The translations under genes were made by a program, and so were the position numbers. Of a stretch of 60,000 nucleotides of DNA, positions 26,999-40,089 are shown piece by piece; within the stretch, counting starts at the first letter, position 1; each line of letters starts with the position of its first letter. The DNA lies in the NCBI GenBank assembly GCA_038087875.1, contig CM075989.1, positions 14,944,001-15,004,000 of the forward strand. The letters run 5' to 3'. Under the pieces are notes generated by a model. It was not told the DNA's origin and made no database searches. It saw nothing but the letters and a program-made list of their open reading frames with translations. The stretch is from Malacoraja senta. Lineage: Eukaryota.

Positions 26999-29221
26999 AA
27001 ACACTGAACTTATTTTTCTCGTTCCTTATGTTATTTAGTGTACTATGCTTACATATTCTTGTTGTGCTGCTGCAAGTAAGGATTTCATTGTTCTACCTGG
27101 GACATACAGTATGACAATAAAACGCTCTTGACGTAACTTATTTCTATATATATCCATGATTCATATTTTCTGATGGATTGGAGATCCAGCTCAATACAGA
27201 CAGGACCGGAGTTCAGGATCAAACCAAGAGAGCTGGAGCATATCACACCTGTACCTCATTCCCATTGACCAGTCATAATATTTTAATGATCTATATTTGA
27301 AACTTCACTATTTCAACATTTTAATCATTTAGAAAATACTTCACTTTTGTTTATGGATAGGTGACATTTTGGGCCAGAACCCTTCTTTAGACTGAAGTCC
27401 TGACCTAAAACGTCACCTATCTATTTTCTCCAAAGATGCTGCCTGATCTGCTGAGTTATTCTAGCATTTTGTGTTTATCTTTGCTTTAAACCAGCATCTG
27501 CAGTACATTTTTATTATATTTATTATTTCACTTTTGTTTATGAGAGTGAATGATTTCATATTGGCTTTTATTAAAATCCATTTGCCACAATTGTCAATTC
27601 ACTTAATCAATTAATGTATTTTTGAAATTTAATATTTTCATCTATACTTGCCTCATATGTTTATGTCATGGCAGACTTAGATATCTAGAATCGAAATCAT
27701 TTATATACACTTCCAGTCTCTAAATGAATGCTTGGGTTATGACTGGTCAGGTTCTGCCAATGTGAGGACTCTCCCATTATCCCTGCTCTCCCTGTCAACC
27801 AGCATAAAGTCAATTTCCAAAGCAGGTCAATAATCTGCCTGCAAGTCCATGAGCTTGTCTTGACTGGTTCAGCATTCTAGTAGTTTGTTGTTATTTACTG
27901 TGCTGCACCAATGGATTTATTAAGTGCTGAGAATACGTCTGTTTAAAATTGCGTTTAAAATAAAAATAAATGTATGATATTAGCATTTAAACATTTTTAA
28001 ATCTTAGTACTTGCTCAAATAACATTTTTTTCTGATGGGTTTTCTTTATAAAACCACGGAGAATGAAACGCTTGTGGCCCGTGACCATATTTTGAATGAT
28101 ATTGCATCATATTACTGTCAATAATAGCTGTATTTGTTAGTTACATAATTAATTGGATCAAGTGAAAATTGAAATCATTACACAAAATGTTGAAATTCAA
28201 ATGAACTTCGTATTCAATGCTAAATAAAATATAATCGATAAAATATTGATTTTACTTACTATATAACTTTTTTTCTGGCTTGAATGGTACAGTCACATCA
28301 TAGCATTTTTGTGAGGATAATAGGAATCGAAACACAGCAAGACCACTGTTAAAATGAATTTGGACTCCTATCTGTGACCATCTTCTGACACCAGCCAGGT
28401 CGCTGATTGTATTCAGGAATTTCTGACTTGAATGCCAGAAATTCCTGTTAATACCACCTCCTTCTCTAAATCAAATTCTCAATTTAAGACCAATTTTGCA
28501 AGTTATCAATGTTTCGGGAAGAATCTCACTGGTACCCAATTGTCACATTATTGTCCACCAGTGGCCCACTTTCCATTGGATGCTAGATAGGCAGCCACGG
28601 CATGTTATGGTTGTATTTATGGAACCATTGGCTACATAGCATATGCCCAGTTTATCTTTTCGAAAAAACTAGTGAGAACTAGTGTGTTCTCCTAATTGCA
28701 GTACAGAAATGCAATTGGCATAGCAAATTGGCCAACCGTTTGGCATTCCAATAAATCCCCTGAAGGATGAGCTTGGAGGCTTATTGGATAATACTGAAAT
28801 CCAAGACTTCAGTTAAATTTTAACAAAATCAGATAAAGTTTGTAACGTTTCTTTTAAATGCACAGCTTTTTATGGGCACCCAGCTTTGATTAAAATATAA
28901 CAAGGTACATTATAGGATTGACATAAAACTCATGTCCTCCAACATCCCACTTTCGGCCTCACAAAAGACAGCAACAACTTGTATTCATGCAGCATCCTTA
29001 ACCATTAAAAACAACCCAAAGTACTTCAAAGGAGAATAACCAGAGGGAATTGATATAAATATGTCTGCAAGGTAAATAAAATCTTGTGTCCAACAAATCT
29101 TGTGACTTAAGAATGGACATGTTTCTATCTTTGGCTTTCAAGAGCATTATTAGGAACTTCCAAGTCACCCCGATTCAACAACGGGCCTCCATCCAAAATT
29201 CAAAAAGGTGTCTTTTGATAT

Positions 29222-29281
29222 CAAGTCAAGTCAAGTCACTTTTATTTCTATAGAACATTTAAAAAACTACTCTTGATATCT
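29222..29281 (-). mobile_element. 60-bp LINE 3' tail insertion with (CTTGA)n
   Basis: 13-bp TSD TGTCTTTTGATAT at 29209-21 and 29282-94. AATAAA lies just before the tandem tail. Confidence 0.75.
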
Positions 29282-30929
29282 TGTCTTTTGATATGTCATT
29301 ACAAATTGTTGTCATTCCCTCAGCAGCAAGTTGTTTGCCGTTCAGAGTTAGATTGCTACGTTGGGTTGAGTTAAATTTGTTTCAGATAGCAGCCCCACAG
29401 CTGGTAGAGGGAGAAGACATTTAGTGATTTCAGTCTAGGCTAGATCTGTACATAGGTCACAGAGGTGAGAAGCCTGTGTGTTAACTTACTGCATCAAGCC
29501 TTTGTTAATTATTTTCTACTTTTGATAATTTTCTACAGGATCAGATGTCTGTTTTAGCAGAAATTCTGGTGACGCTAAAGAAAACAACGGATTAAAAATA
29601 GCCAGATCAAACTTAAACTCTTTTAATTTAATTTTGTTACTGCATAAGTTAAGTGGTGTCTTGCTGTCCTGGTGACCAGAACTAATTCCCTCATCACTAA
29701 GCCCTCACGCCCGCCCACAGAAAAATTCCATTGCAACTGTTTCCACAGACGCAGGTTATAATTACACTGCCTGCCACACCACTTAATCAACCAAGCAGAG
29801 CTCCTTCAAAGTTGACTGGACAATTAAAGTGGAAACGTAAGAAACCACTCTGCACAAGTTTCAGGATTTTTAATTAACATTTGATAATTAACAATGAAAA
29901 CATACAGCAGCTGGACAATAACCTGCACAATTTAAAAGAGAACCCATTCAAGCTTTACAACTGATGTGTACCCTTAAGTGACCATACGCAGCGCTGCTTC
30001 CTGGCGCCTTCAAGAGGCAGGTGGCTGAAGGAGAATAAATGTTATTCTATTTTGAATACGTTCTGGCACCCCCTTCACTTCAGAATTGTACATTTATTGT
30101 CTACACTCAAGTGGGGTAGAATGCGGTGTACTACTGAATTAAATCAGAGAAAGTGAGAAAGTCAAAGGAAACAGCTGTCTTCAGCGGTGATGCTGCATTC
30201 AAAGAACTGAAATCTTAACATTTGAAGATATATAATTACTTCTCTAACATCTCATATAAAACCTATATTCGGTGAAAAATAATATTAAACATCCCGCAAT
30301 ATTTTGAGGCCACAGTAATCAAAATATAAATTTCGTACATTGAAGAAAGTATTTAACATCTTTAAAGTTACAAATCAGTTTTGCCATGTTTGTATATTTT
30401 GACTGATCTACTTTTATTAAACACTGGGATTGGAAAGTCAATGTTAATTATTTTACATAATATATTAAAGGTTTCAATTAATGACATCCCTTCAGTTTTG
30501 CACGTCTTAAAAATGAATGCAATCAAAAGTAATTTTAGTGTCAACGTGTGATTGAGTAGGTTGGACATCTGCAGAAGATACAGGGACAGAAGCTGCAGTT
30601 GGTTGAAGAGCCCCAGGAAATATATAATTGCCCTCATTTAAATGCTTCGTCCACTTGTACTAGATTTAGCCATTTTAGGGTTATTACAGCTGAAGAGATT
30701 GAGGAACAGGTATTTCATTCATAACACCAACTCACTGTGTAAAATATATCTGGTGTCCATCGGATAACGTCATGAGCGTTTTCCATTTGATGTGCTTTCT
30801 GGTAGAGTGATGATCCTGTTTCCACAGGAACTGTCTTGGGTTTAAGAGTTTACACATCATTTCCATTCACCTTTATTCCCCCATTCTCTCTGCATCCATA
30901 CTATTCTCCTCTTATATTTAAACCCATGC

Positions 30930-31200
30930 GGTACAGTGGTAGAGTTGCTGCCTTTCAGCAACAGAGACCCAGGTTTGATCCTGCCTATGGGTGCAGTCTG
31001 TACGGTGTTTACACATTCTCTCTATGACCCTGTGAGCTTACTCTGGGTGCTCCAGTTTCCACCCACATTCGTGCAGGTTTGTAGGTTAATTGGCTTCTGT
31101 AAAATGTCCGTAGACTATAGGGTAGAACTAGTGTACAGGGTGATTGTTGGTTAGCTCGGACTCAGTGGGCCAAGGGGCCTGTTTCCACATTGTATCTCAA
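30930..31200 (+). mobile_element. tRNA-derived V-SINE, diverged
   Basis: Same head and V-domain as 31931-32244. Confidence 0.75.
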
Positions 31201-31930
31201 TGGCAAATCCTCCCATTTGACATAGGTACAGTAATGCTATTATATACTGCATTGTATGAGATAGTTAATGTTGCTATTCTAACCATGCAGAGTAAAAAGT
31301 ATATAAAAGAGGCCTCCACTTACATGGAATTACAGAACTTTCTGCAGGCAACAAACGACTGTGGTCACTGTTGTAGAAAACACAGGCAGCAACTTTGTAC
31401 CCAGCCAATTATTGCAGACAGCAATGTGATCATGACCCATCTATATGTTTTAGTGATTCAGGGATCAATGTTACCCAGAACACAGCAAAGAACTCCCCAT
31501 TTCTTCCAACTGTGCCATTGAATATTTTATGACACCTCAGAGAGCAATTAGGGCATTAGAAACTCAGCACAAGTTGTGTTGATGTTCCTGAAGTGGGGCT
31601 TGAACCCAGAACCTTCAGAGCAGAGAGAGCAATATGCACAAAACCCACCAGAACCCATGAGGTTGTGCATCTGATTTAGCACCATTGCACTGAAATTGAA
31701 ACTTTAACACTCTTTGTTTCAACACAACTGGATCATAAATATTTTAGAGGGAATCACATTAGCCACTTTTTCTGGATTAGATTATGTTGACTATAAAATT
31801 AGATCAGGTAATTCCAGGTTAGCATGCCTGATGTTTTTCCTCACATCAGACACATTGCTAAAAACATCAGTAATTGTACAATGTAAATGGCAGCCCACAT
31901 CTGCATAAATCCAAGCAACGACCTTCTTAC

Positions 31931-32244
31931 GGGCGGCACGGTGGCGCAGTAGTAGTGTTGCTGCGTTACTGCGCTTGCAGCGCCAGAGACCCGGGTTCGA
32001 TCCCAACTACGGGTGCTGTCTGTACGGAGTTTGTACGTTCTCCCCGTGACCGCGTGGGTTTTCTCCGAGATCTTTGGTTTCCTCCCACACTCCGAAGACG
32101 TACAGGTTTGTAGGTTAATTGGCTTGGTAGAAGTGTAAATTGTCCCTAGTGTGTGTAGGATGATGTTAATCTGCAGGGATCGCTGGTCGGTGCAGACTCG
32201 GTGGGCTGAAAGGCCTGTTTCCGCGCTGTATCTCTAAACTAAAC
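31931..32244 (+). mobile_element. tRNA-derived V-SINE, full length
   Basis: GGGCGGCACGGTGGCGCAG head, GGTTCGATCCC B box, V-domain and CTAAACTAAAC tail. Confidence 0.88.
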
Positions 32245-32565
32245 AAAACCATTGTCTAACAGTCTCAGGAGAACTTGGAGCTAGGTTCTTGATTTCCAGA
32301 CTTTGGGAGATGTCACATGGGTGGTTTTGAACTGACGACAAATTCCTGAAGCACCTTTTAAAGTCTAGAATGCTGAAATAACCAACGAATGGATGTGGCA
32401 CTCCTTAGCTGCTGCGTACTCTTTCAAATCGTATCCCAGACAGCAATGTAAATGACAGCAGTTCATTACGGGAGGCTCCAGGATAAGTAGGGCAGGTGAC
32501 AGATGGAGGTTCTGGTCCAAGTGCAGTAGGCACAGAAATATACATCTGTAAGATCACACGAACAG

Positions 32566-32799
32566 AGAGCCTTCAGGGACACCACATTGCACCTGAACCT
32601 CCCTGATGAGCAATGTATTCACAGGCTCAAAGGCCGTAATGACAGAGATGGATGAAGTCCTGTCGATGACCTTCGGTCATGCTCTCCTGCCTGACTGAAG
32701 GGAACCTTCAGGTAAAGGTCACAGTAATTATATTTCCTGTCCACGAGTTCATTCCAGGTGGTCATCACTGATCTCAGCCGTATTTCTCAGTACGCTGAC
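32566..32799 (+). pseudogene. Fossil PIF/Harbinger transposase N-terminal fragment (HARBI1-like)
   Basis: With frameshifts it reads RAFRDTTLHLNLPDEQCIHRL / KAVMTEMDEVL / DDLRS / VKVTVI / STSSFQVVITDLSRISQYA. This matches the order of Harbinger motifs LSEEQC..RL, VKVT.AL and GSFQ...D...ISQ. Confidence 0.65.
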
Positions 32800-33689
32800 A
32801 ATTCTGGCCAGGTGTGTACCAGGGTAATAATGGAGATTGCTACTGGTCTCCTGAAAGAGAGATCCTGAGGTCTTCATCAGTCCAGGAGCCAACAGGTGCA
32901 AAGGCTTCAATATCCTGTTGCCTAATCTGGTGACAGAAGTCAGCAGGAGCAAATGCAGAAGGGACCTGGACACAGTTGCGGAAAGCGAGCAGAGAGACAA
33001 GGGAGCTTCATCCTTCAGCTGAGAAAAGGGCAGGCAATAAACCAATGTCATAAGGTCATAAGGAATAGGAGTAGAATTAGACACATCAAGTCGACTCCGC
33101 CATTCAATCATGGCTGATCTATCTCTCCCTCCTAACCCCATTCTCCTGCCTTCTCCCCATAACCTCTGACACCCGTACTAATCAAGAATCTTGCGGAGAC
33201 ACTTCTCCCAAATCCATTGTCACCGATACGCACGGCATTCACCATCACCACGTTACACTAGTGGAGAGCTAAGAGAGCCCAGATCATTTTCCCTTTGCAT
33301 GCTACTTGGCAAGTTCACCACTATTGTATCTGCCAGAGTGCTAAATTAATTTCTATTCAGATTACTTAAATAACTTCCTGCACAAATTCTCTAGTTTCCT
33401 GATGAAGGCTACTTCACTTAAAGCACTCTGGCCTCTGCACAAAATGGCATTTTTCTGAGCATTGTTGGCAAATTTTCACCATTTTAACCATTGGTGAATT
33501 AAGGAGTAATGGATGTCACAATATATTGATCAAATTGTCATGCAGTGGATAGGGAAATGCATGGAGGGGATACATTTTCAAAATAGTGAAGTTCACACTC
33601 ATTCCTGATGAACAAACTCCAGTTGTGTTTCAGATTAAGCCATTGTACTAATTGATCATTTAAAGATAAATAATCAATATAGTCTCATA

Positions 33690-33955
33690 TTATGCAACAA
33701 CGAACCAAACACCCCACACACAGAACCAAACATCCCTGTGAATAGTCAGAGGTTTTCAGTAGTGGGCAAGTTCACATATCCCAGCAGCACTCCCTGAAGA
33801 TCGGTCAACACTGATGACGAAAACAACAACAGGATGGCAAAAGCCAGCTCTGAGACTGGAAGACTGAGAAGTACAGGAATGAAGAGGAATCAGCCTAAAG
33901 TTCAAGATGAAGGTGTATCATGCGATTGCCTTACACTATATTTGTGAGACATGTT
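33690..33955 (+). mobile_element. Degenerate RTE-clade LINE fragment
   Basis: KFTYPSSTP...NTDDENNNRMAKASS resembles the RTE motif FTYLGS...DDE.N.RIAKAS. Confidence 0.55.
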
Positions 33956-35471
33956 CAGTGTAGACCAATAATAAATCTGAAAAAGGATCTTGACCCAAAA
34001 CCACACCTATCCAATTTCTCCAGAGATGCTGCCTGATCCACAGATTGACACCAGATTTAGTGTCAAACAACACGAAGATACAGAACTGGCTCTTGGGCCA
34101 TTAGGATCTCATCTGGGGCAGTAGTGAGCTATACTAGAGGTTGCACCTGAACTGAAGGGGAACCAAAACCATAACGTGCTACTAGAGAGGGTTTAAACTA
34201 GATTGACAGGGGAACAGGGGAACAAGATCCAAAGCAATCGTGAGGCAAATGGGAGGCTCAAAGTTGATTCAGAAGACAATGGCAACAAGTTCTGTAGACA
34301 GGATAGGTATGGTGGATAGACTCAGGACCTCGATAAATATGTGGGACTGGGACATTAATGAGTATGAGAGGGACCGGTCTGGCAGCTTAATGTTCCAGGG
34401 TACAGGTGTTACAGGTGAGACGGAGGCAACAGAAAGAAAGGAGAGGTGTTGCTTCATTGATTAAGAACATAACAACAGTAGTCCAAGATAACATTACCGA
34501 ATAATCATCCATTGCGGCTGTGTGGGTGGAGCTAAAAAATAAAAAGGGGATGATCACCTTGTTGGGAATGTACTAGTGGCCCCCAATTAGCCAATAGTCA
34601 ACAACAACATTTTCACAGAGAGAGAGAGAGGTGGATATACGTATACAGAATGAGCTGCCAGAAGATGGTTGAGGCAGGTACAATAATAACATTTTAAAGA
34701 CTTCTGGATAGGTGCCTGGTAAGCTTTAGATAGATACCATCCAAATGTGGGCAAATGGGTCTAGTTTGGATGGGACATCTTGGTCAGCAAGGATGAGTTG
34801 GGCCAAAGAACCTGGCTCTATGACTATAAGAGGCAGGGGGTTGTGGTGGAAGGATTCTTCTCTGACTTGAAGTCTGATATCACTAGTGTACTACAAGAAT
34901 CAGTGCTGGGGCCATCGTTGTTTGTGATGTATTTTAATGACTGAGATATGAATGTAGGAAGTATGATTAATAAGTTGGTGGATAACTCGAAAGTTCATGG
35001 TGTTGTGGATTGTGAGGAAAGATGTCTAAGGCTACAGCAGCATATAGATCGGCACTGGGGATGGAATTTAATCCTGACAAGTGAAAGGTGATATGTTTTA
35101 GGAAGTCAAATAGGAGTAGGACAATAGTAAATGGGAGGGCACCATGGAATATTGATGAACACTGCAACTCACGGTTCAAGTTCCCTGAAAGTGGAGGTGG
35201 TGGAGTCAAATGCAATAATATGTTTATGATGCATTTAGACAGTCATTCAAATAGTCAAGGCATAGAAGGAAACGGACCTAATACAGGCAAAAGTAATTTT
35301 TGCAGAGGGGCAAAAAGGTCATGATGGACATCGTGGGGCAAAGGGCCTTTATCTGTGCTGTACAACCTTAAGACTCTATGTGGAAAGTGGAGGGTTTGGG
35401 CGGTCAATGGTGGTTGATCATAGGGGGGGATTGTAGTTTGAGAGGGTGGGATGTTTGGAGACATTTATGCT

Positions 35472-35543
35472 GTGTGTGGATGAGTGTGTGTGGATGTAGT
35501 CAGTGTGTGTGTGTGTGTGTGGATGTGTGTGTGTGGATGTAGT

Positions 35544-35605
<62 letters not shown>

Positions 35606-35612
35606 ATGTAGT

Positions 35613-35643
<31 letters not shown>
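35472..35643. repeat. (TG)n microsatellite punctuated by GGATGTAGTCAG units
   Basis: Directly visible. Confidence 0.95.
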
Positions 35644-35646
<3 letters not shown>

Positions 35647-36589
35647 GTACATCATTCATTGCTTACATTATTCTCAGAGTGAATATACCAGATTTTTTTA
35701 TTTTTCCATTTCAGACTGCAGTTTAGGGATAAAAAAGCAGAAAATGCATGAAATACCCAGCAGGTCAGGCTGCATCTGTGGGAATAGAAACAGTGCTAAT
35801 GTCTCAGATGAAAGACCAGACCAGTCGTCATAACTGGGAAAGGGATAAGGGAAGTTTGTTAGACCAGGAGAAGCAGAGATTGAGGGGGGGGGGGGAGAGT
35901 TTCAGCAAGGATGAAACCACGACTGACCTGCTGAGTATTTCCAGCAATTTCTTTTTTAACTTTAGATTTGGAACATTTTCAGTTCTTCTGACTTAGAAAT
36001 AGGAGACGGTTAACCACTGATGGTAGTTATCCAACTAGCTATGTCTGGGACATGAAGATAGACACAAAAAGCTGGAGTAACTCAACGGAACAGATAGCGT
36101 CTCTGGAGAAAGGGAATAGGAGATGTTTCGGATCGAGACCCTTCAGTATATCTGGGACAAACTATTTTAGTCCCTGCCCCATTTATGGTAAGCAGGGGGT
36201 TATGCTAAGACGATCTGATAAGTCAACCGCACTGCTGTCAAATGGCATTTCTGTCTCAAACCCTAATGCCAGACAACATGAGATGTGTGACCAGAGACTC
36301 CTGGTCATCATTTGACCTGTTCCTCTTACCATTTGTTGAAGGCCACTGGACCTCCTCAGGGAAGAAGAGGTTTGTGCATGACCTTTCATAGTGTATGAAG
36401 CTGCTGAGCACTGACAAACCACGTGATCCTGGCTGGAGGATGAATCTGCAGGGATGTAACAAGTCAATCAGAGGTTCATTCTCCTTTGCCAGTGTGAAAT
36501 GAGCCTCTTCATTCGCCTGCTTTGTTGAGTACTCAGGCTTCGATCACCATTTGTCTGGTACATCCCCAGAGGTGGCATCACCTGAAGTG

Positions 36590-36960
36590 CTGGACTCCAG
36601 AGGATATTGCATGCAGGTGGACTGGCTGCATCAACACCAACCTCCACCAGTCAAGGGCCTGATACACAGTGAAGCTGATTAAATACACAAGACAGTAATA
36701 ATTTTAATTATCTGCAGCTTACCTTTTTGTGGGGTTGTAACGTTTCTGGTAATATTTTATCTGCTGAGTTGTTCTTCTCTTTCCTGGAGGAGACAACTGG
36801 ACTCTTCTACAATGTTCATCTTATGGTGGCCTGGTATGTTTCCTGGTGCTCCCGCTGCCCCTGTCCACCCCTGCAGGATCTTGCTTGTGGCATGTATCTC
36901 CCTGACGAGCACTTCTGCACCTCTCCCTGTAAATTGTGGATCTCTGTCCCACTCGTTGCA
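36590..36960 (-). pseudogene. Fossil Harbinger Myb/SANT-like accessory gene fragment
   Basis: Reads DRDPQFTGRGAEVLVREIHATSKILQG, then QKRYN followed by GTAAG, then TGGG at 36640-36651 after a CAG acceptor-like site. Degenerate. Confidence 0.5.
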
Positions 36961-39457
36961 ACCTGTCCCTCCTCCATGGCAGCAACCGTGTACACTGGCC
37001 CAGAGAATACACTGTGTGTACTGCCCTGGGGAATGTGTACTGCATGAGGGAATACACTGTGTAGATGTTGTGTACACTGTGTGTGCTGCTCCAGGAAAGA
37101 TGTACTGCACTGTTCTTGCACCGAACTACACAGTTTTGCAATCTGTGTATCTGCACTTTCAACCTCGTGTTCCCACCAGCAGAAAAAGAGTGCCTGTGTC
37201 CACCTTCATAACGTTGTCTACCTCTTCTCCACCCAGCCATTTGAGTTGAATTCCTTCTTCGTAAGTACCTTTGTTGCATCCGGACACCAATTTCAAGCTG
37301 TTCCATCAAGACTCTTATCCTCTATCCTCAAAATGGTTAAGTATTCAGAACACTAATGCCCATATCCTGTCCACGTCTTCCTTGTAAATCAGCTTTATTC
37401 TCATCAACCTACTACTTACCCACTCCACTTTAAATAGTCGTCATGTTACAATGGCTTTGTGAGTTCATTCTCCTCGTCTCTCTCATCTCCTCCAGCTGCC
37501 CACTCTCATTCAAACAATGTACATCTCTCCAGCTCACCCATGATGGGCATTTGTGCCTTCAGCAAGCCTGGCACTGCATTTTGAAATGTCATCTCCAAAG
37601 TAAAGAGCTCTCTTCTCCTTTGTGTGGTTCATTTATCCAAGCAGTTATTCAACCATCCTTTTAAGACTCACTGTCCACTTTAGATTGTGTCGCTGTGGAT
37701 TGTTTTGATAAGTTGTCTTTATGGGGAGCGCGTTACATAAATGCACATTGTTGCTGAGGAAACTGTCAGTTACACATGTTAATGTAACTAATGACTCACA
37801 TAGTTGGATGCCTGCCAACTCCATCCATTTGAAATGCCTGAAACCATTTACACAATAGCCATGCCAACAGATTCAGTTGTACCAGGCACCTCAAAACCTT
37901 TTCATCAGAACAAGCAAAGGCTGCTGAAGTGGACTTTGCAGCAATAAAATTAATAACTTGTCTCTGAAACTTTTCCTCCGGCTCTCAGATAAGTAATGAC
38001 GGTGGATATTATAAAGACAATGTACGACTGTGATTTCTTAAAGCCTAGCATTTAGCCTGCTTGTTTAAACATTAAGACGTGCCAATTGTTCTTCTTGAGT
38101 CCTTTCTGAATGAATGTTTTCATTTGTGATGTGTTAACATGTAGTCACACTGATGGACATTTCTTAAGCTGACTGAAAGTTAATAAAGAAAAACAATATT
38201 TGCATTTCATGGGCTGAGCGTTACCCCCAAAGCAATTTACAGTCACTAGGACTTTGGAATGTGGTCATGGTCTAAAAAAAAAGGGAATATGACATCCACA
38301 GCAAGGATCCTTAATGAGAAAATGACAAAATAATGAGTTTTTAGTGCTGATGGCCAAGGGGTAATTATCAGCCAAGACACAGAGTGAGTTTGCTGCTCCC
38401 TCCTTAACAGTATTATAGGATCCAAGAGGGTAGAAACAATCTTGATTTGACATCACACTGAAGGGAGAGTGACTCTGAAAGAACTCTCCAAGTACTATAC
38501 TGCACAGAAAAGAGGTTGTGTCCAGGATCTGAACCCATCAGCTTCTGACTTCTTTCTGAGGACTGGTACCACCACTGACCTAAGGTGTCATCTCTAGAGG
38601 TTAGGTTTGGACTGCATGATACATTCAGTGCATGGACACAAAATGCTGGATTAACTCAGCGGGACAGGCAGCATCTCTGGAGAGAAGGAATGAGTGACGT
38701 TTTGGGTCGAGACCCTTCCTCAGTTCCTTCCTACACATTCAGTGCAGCTTCCTCTTCTTGCAGCAGCACAATCCTTCCTAATTTTGAGAAACAAGTTCCA
38801 CTTATATTATTATTCAAATGATTTCAGAGTGTCCCAAAGTTTTTCACATCCAATGAATAATTCTTGAACCAGAAACAGTGGTGTGAAAGAACTCACCCAG
38901 TTAATATATCTGGTCGGTGACCCTTTCTCAGTTGTAAGGAAGGGTAATTGATCTGAAACATTAACTGTATTTTCTTGCCACAGCCCCTGCTCGATTGGCT
39001 GGGTTCTTCCAGCATTTTCTGTTATTGATTCATGCATCTGCAGTGTTATTTGTTACTATAACTCTTGAATGGCCATCGTTTTAATCCTGCACAGAAACCT
39101 GTGCTTGGGGTTTATACATTGATTTTGATATGTTAGTATTCTACAATACCTGTGGACTAGGTAATCTTTCCTCATAAATGAGGGTCTATGTGCATCCCTC
39201 CAACTCAAGAAAACCCTTTCTGAAATGACGGTTTTAATTTCTAGTTACTGGAATGAAGATATTTGGAGAGATAGTTTGCTAGAAAATTTGTGTTTGAGGG
39301 GAAGACAATGTTTTTAGCTGCAGGTTAGTTTTAAGATATTTAAAATTATGCCTTCAATTCCCTTCTCAGCCTGGAAATTAAATAACTCTGTGGACGAGCG
39401 AGATTTGGAAAGGATGTAAAAAAACAAGATGTCATTAATGTAAATTGTTTGAATCAC

Positions 39458-40089
39458 TACATAGCAAAAGGATTTGAGTATAGGAGCAGGGAGGTTCTAC
39501 TGCAGTTGTATAGGGTCTTGGTGAGACCACACCTGGAGTATTGCGTACAGTTTTGGTCTCCAAATCTGAGGAAAGACATTCTTGCCATAGAGGGAGTGCA
39601 GAGAAGGTTCACCAGACTGATTCCTGGGATGTCAGGACTTTCATATGAAGAAAGACTGGATAGACTCGGCTTGTACTCGCTAGAATTTAGAAGATTGAGG
39701 GGGGATCTTATAGAAACGTACAAAATTCTTAAGGGGTTGGACAGGCTAGAAGCAGGAAGATTGTTCCCGATGTTGGGGAAGTCCAGGACAAGGGGTCACA
39801 GTTTAAGGATAAAGGGGAAATCCTTTAGGACCGAGATGAGAAAAACATGTTTCACACAGAGAGTGGTGAATCTCTGGAACTCTCTGCCACAGAGGGTAGT
39901 CGAGGCCAGCTCATTGGCTATATTTAAGAGGGAGTTAGATGTGGCCCTTGTGGCTAAAGGGATCAGGGGGTATGGAGAGAAGGCAGGTACAGGATACTGA
40001 GTTGGATGATCAGCCATGATCATTGAGGAGCAGGCTCGAAGGGCCGAATGGCCTACTCCTGTACCTATTTTCTATGTTTCTATGTTTCT
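39458..40089 (+). mobile_element. CR1-clade LINE 3' fragment (young)
   Basis: Open ORF2 C-terminus LYRVLVRPHLEYCVQFWSP...RLRGDLIETYKI...FTQRVVNLWNSLP, followed by a (TTCTATGT)n tail. A second CR1-type tail follows at ~40101-40180. Confidence 0.9.

Noticed and set aside
24918..27004. Long Pro/Ser-, Gly/Glu- and Val/Cys-rich ORFs
   Set aside because: They are translations of the N gap, the purine tract and microsatellites.
28552..28567. Second CTCF-like motif GTCCACCAGTGGCCC
   Set aside because: It is one base short of the core spacing.
31931..32010. tRNA gene candidates (also at 17301, 44222 and 52027)
   Set aside because: The A/B boxes continue into a SINE body and tail, with no complete cloverleaf or terminator.
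36727..37356. Six overlapping ORFs as a novel gene
   Set aside because: There is no coherent protein. The region is better explained by a decayed Harbinger remnant plus short internal duplications.
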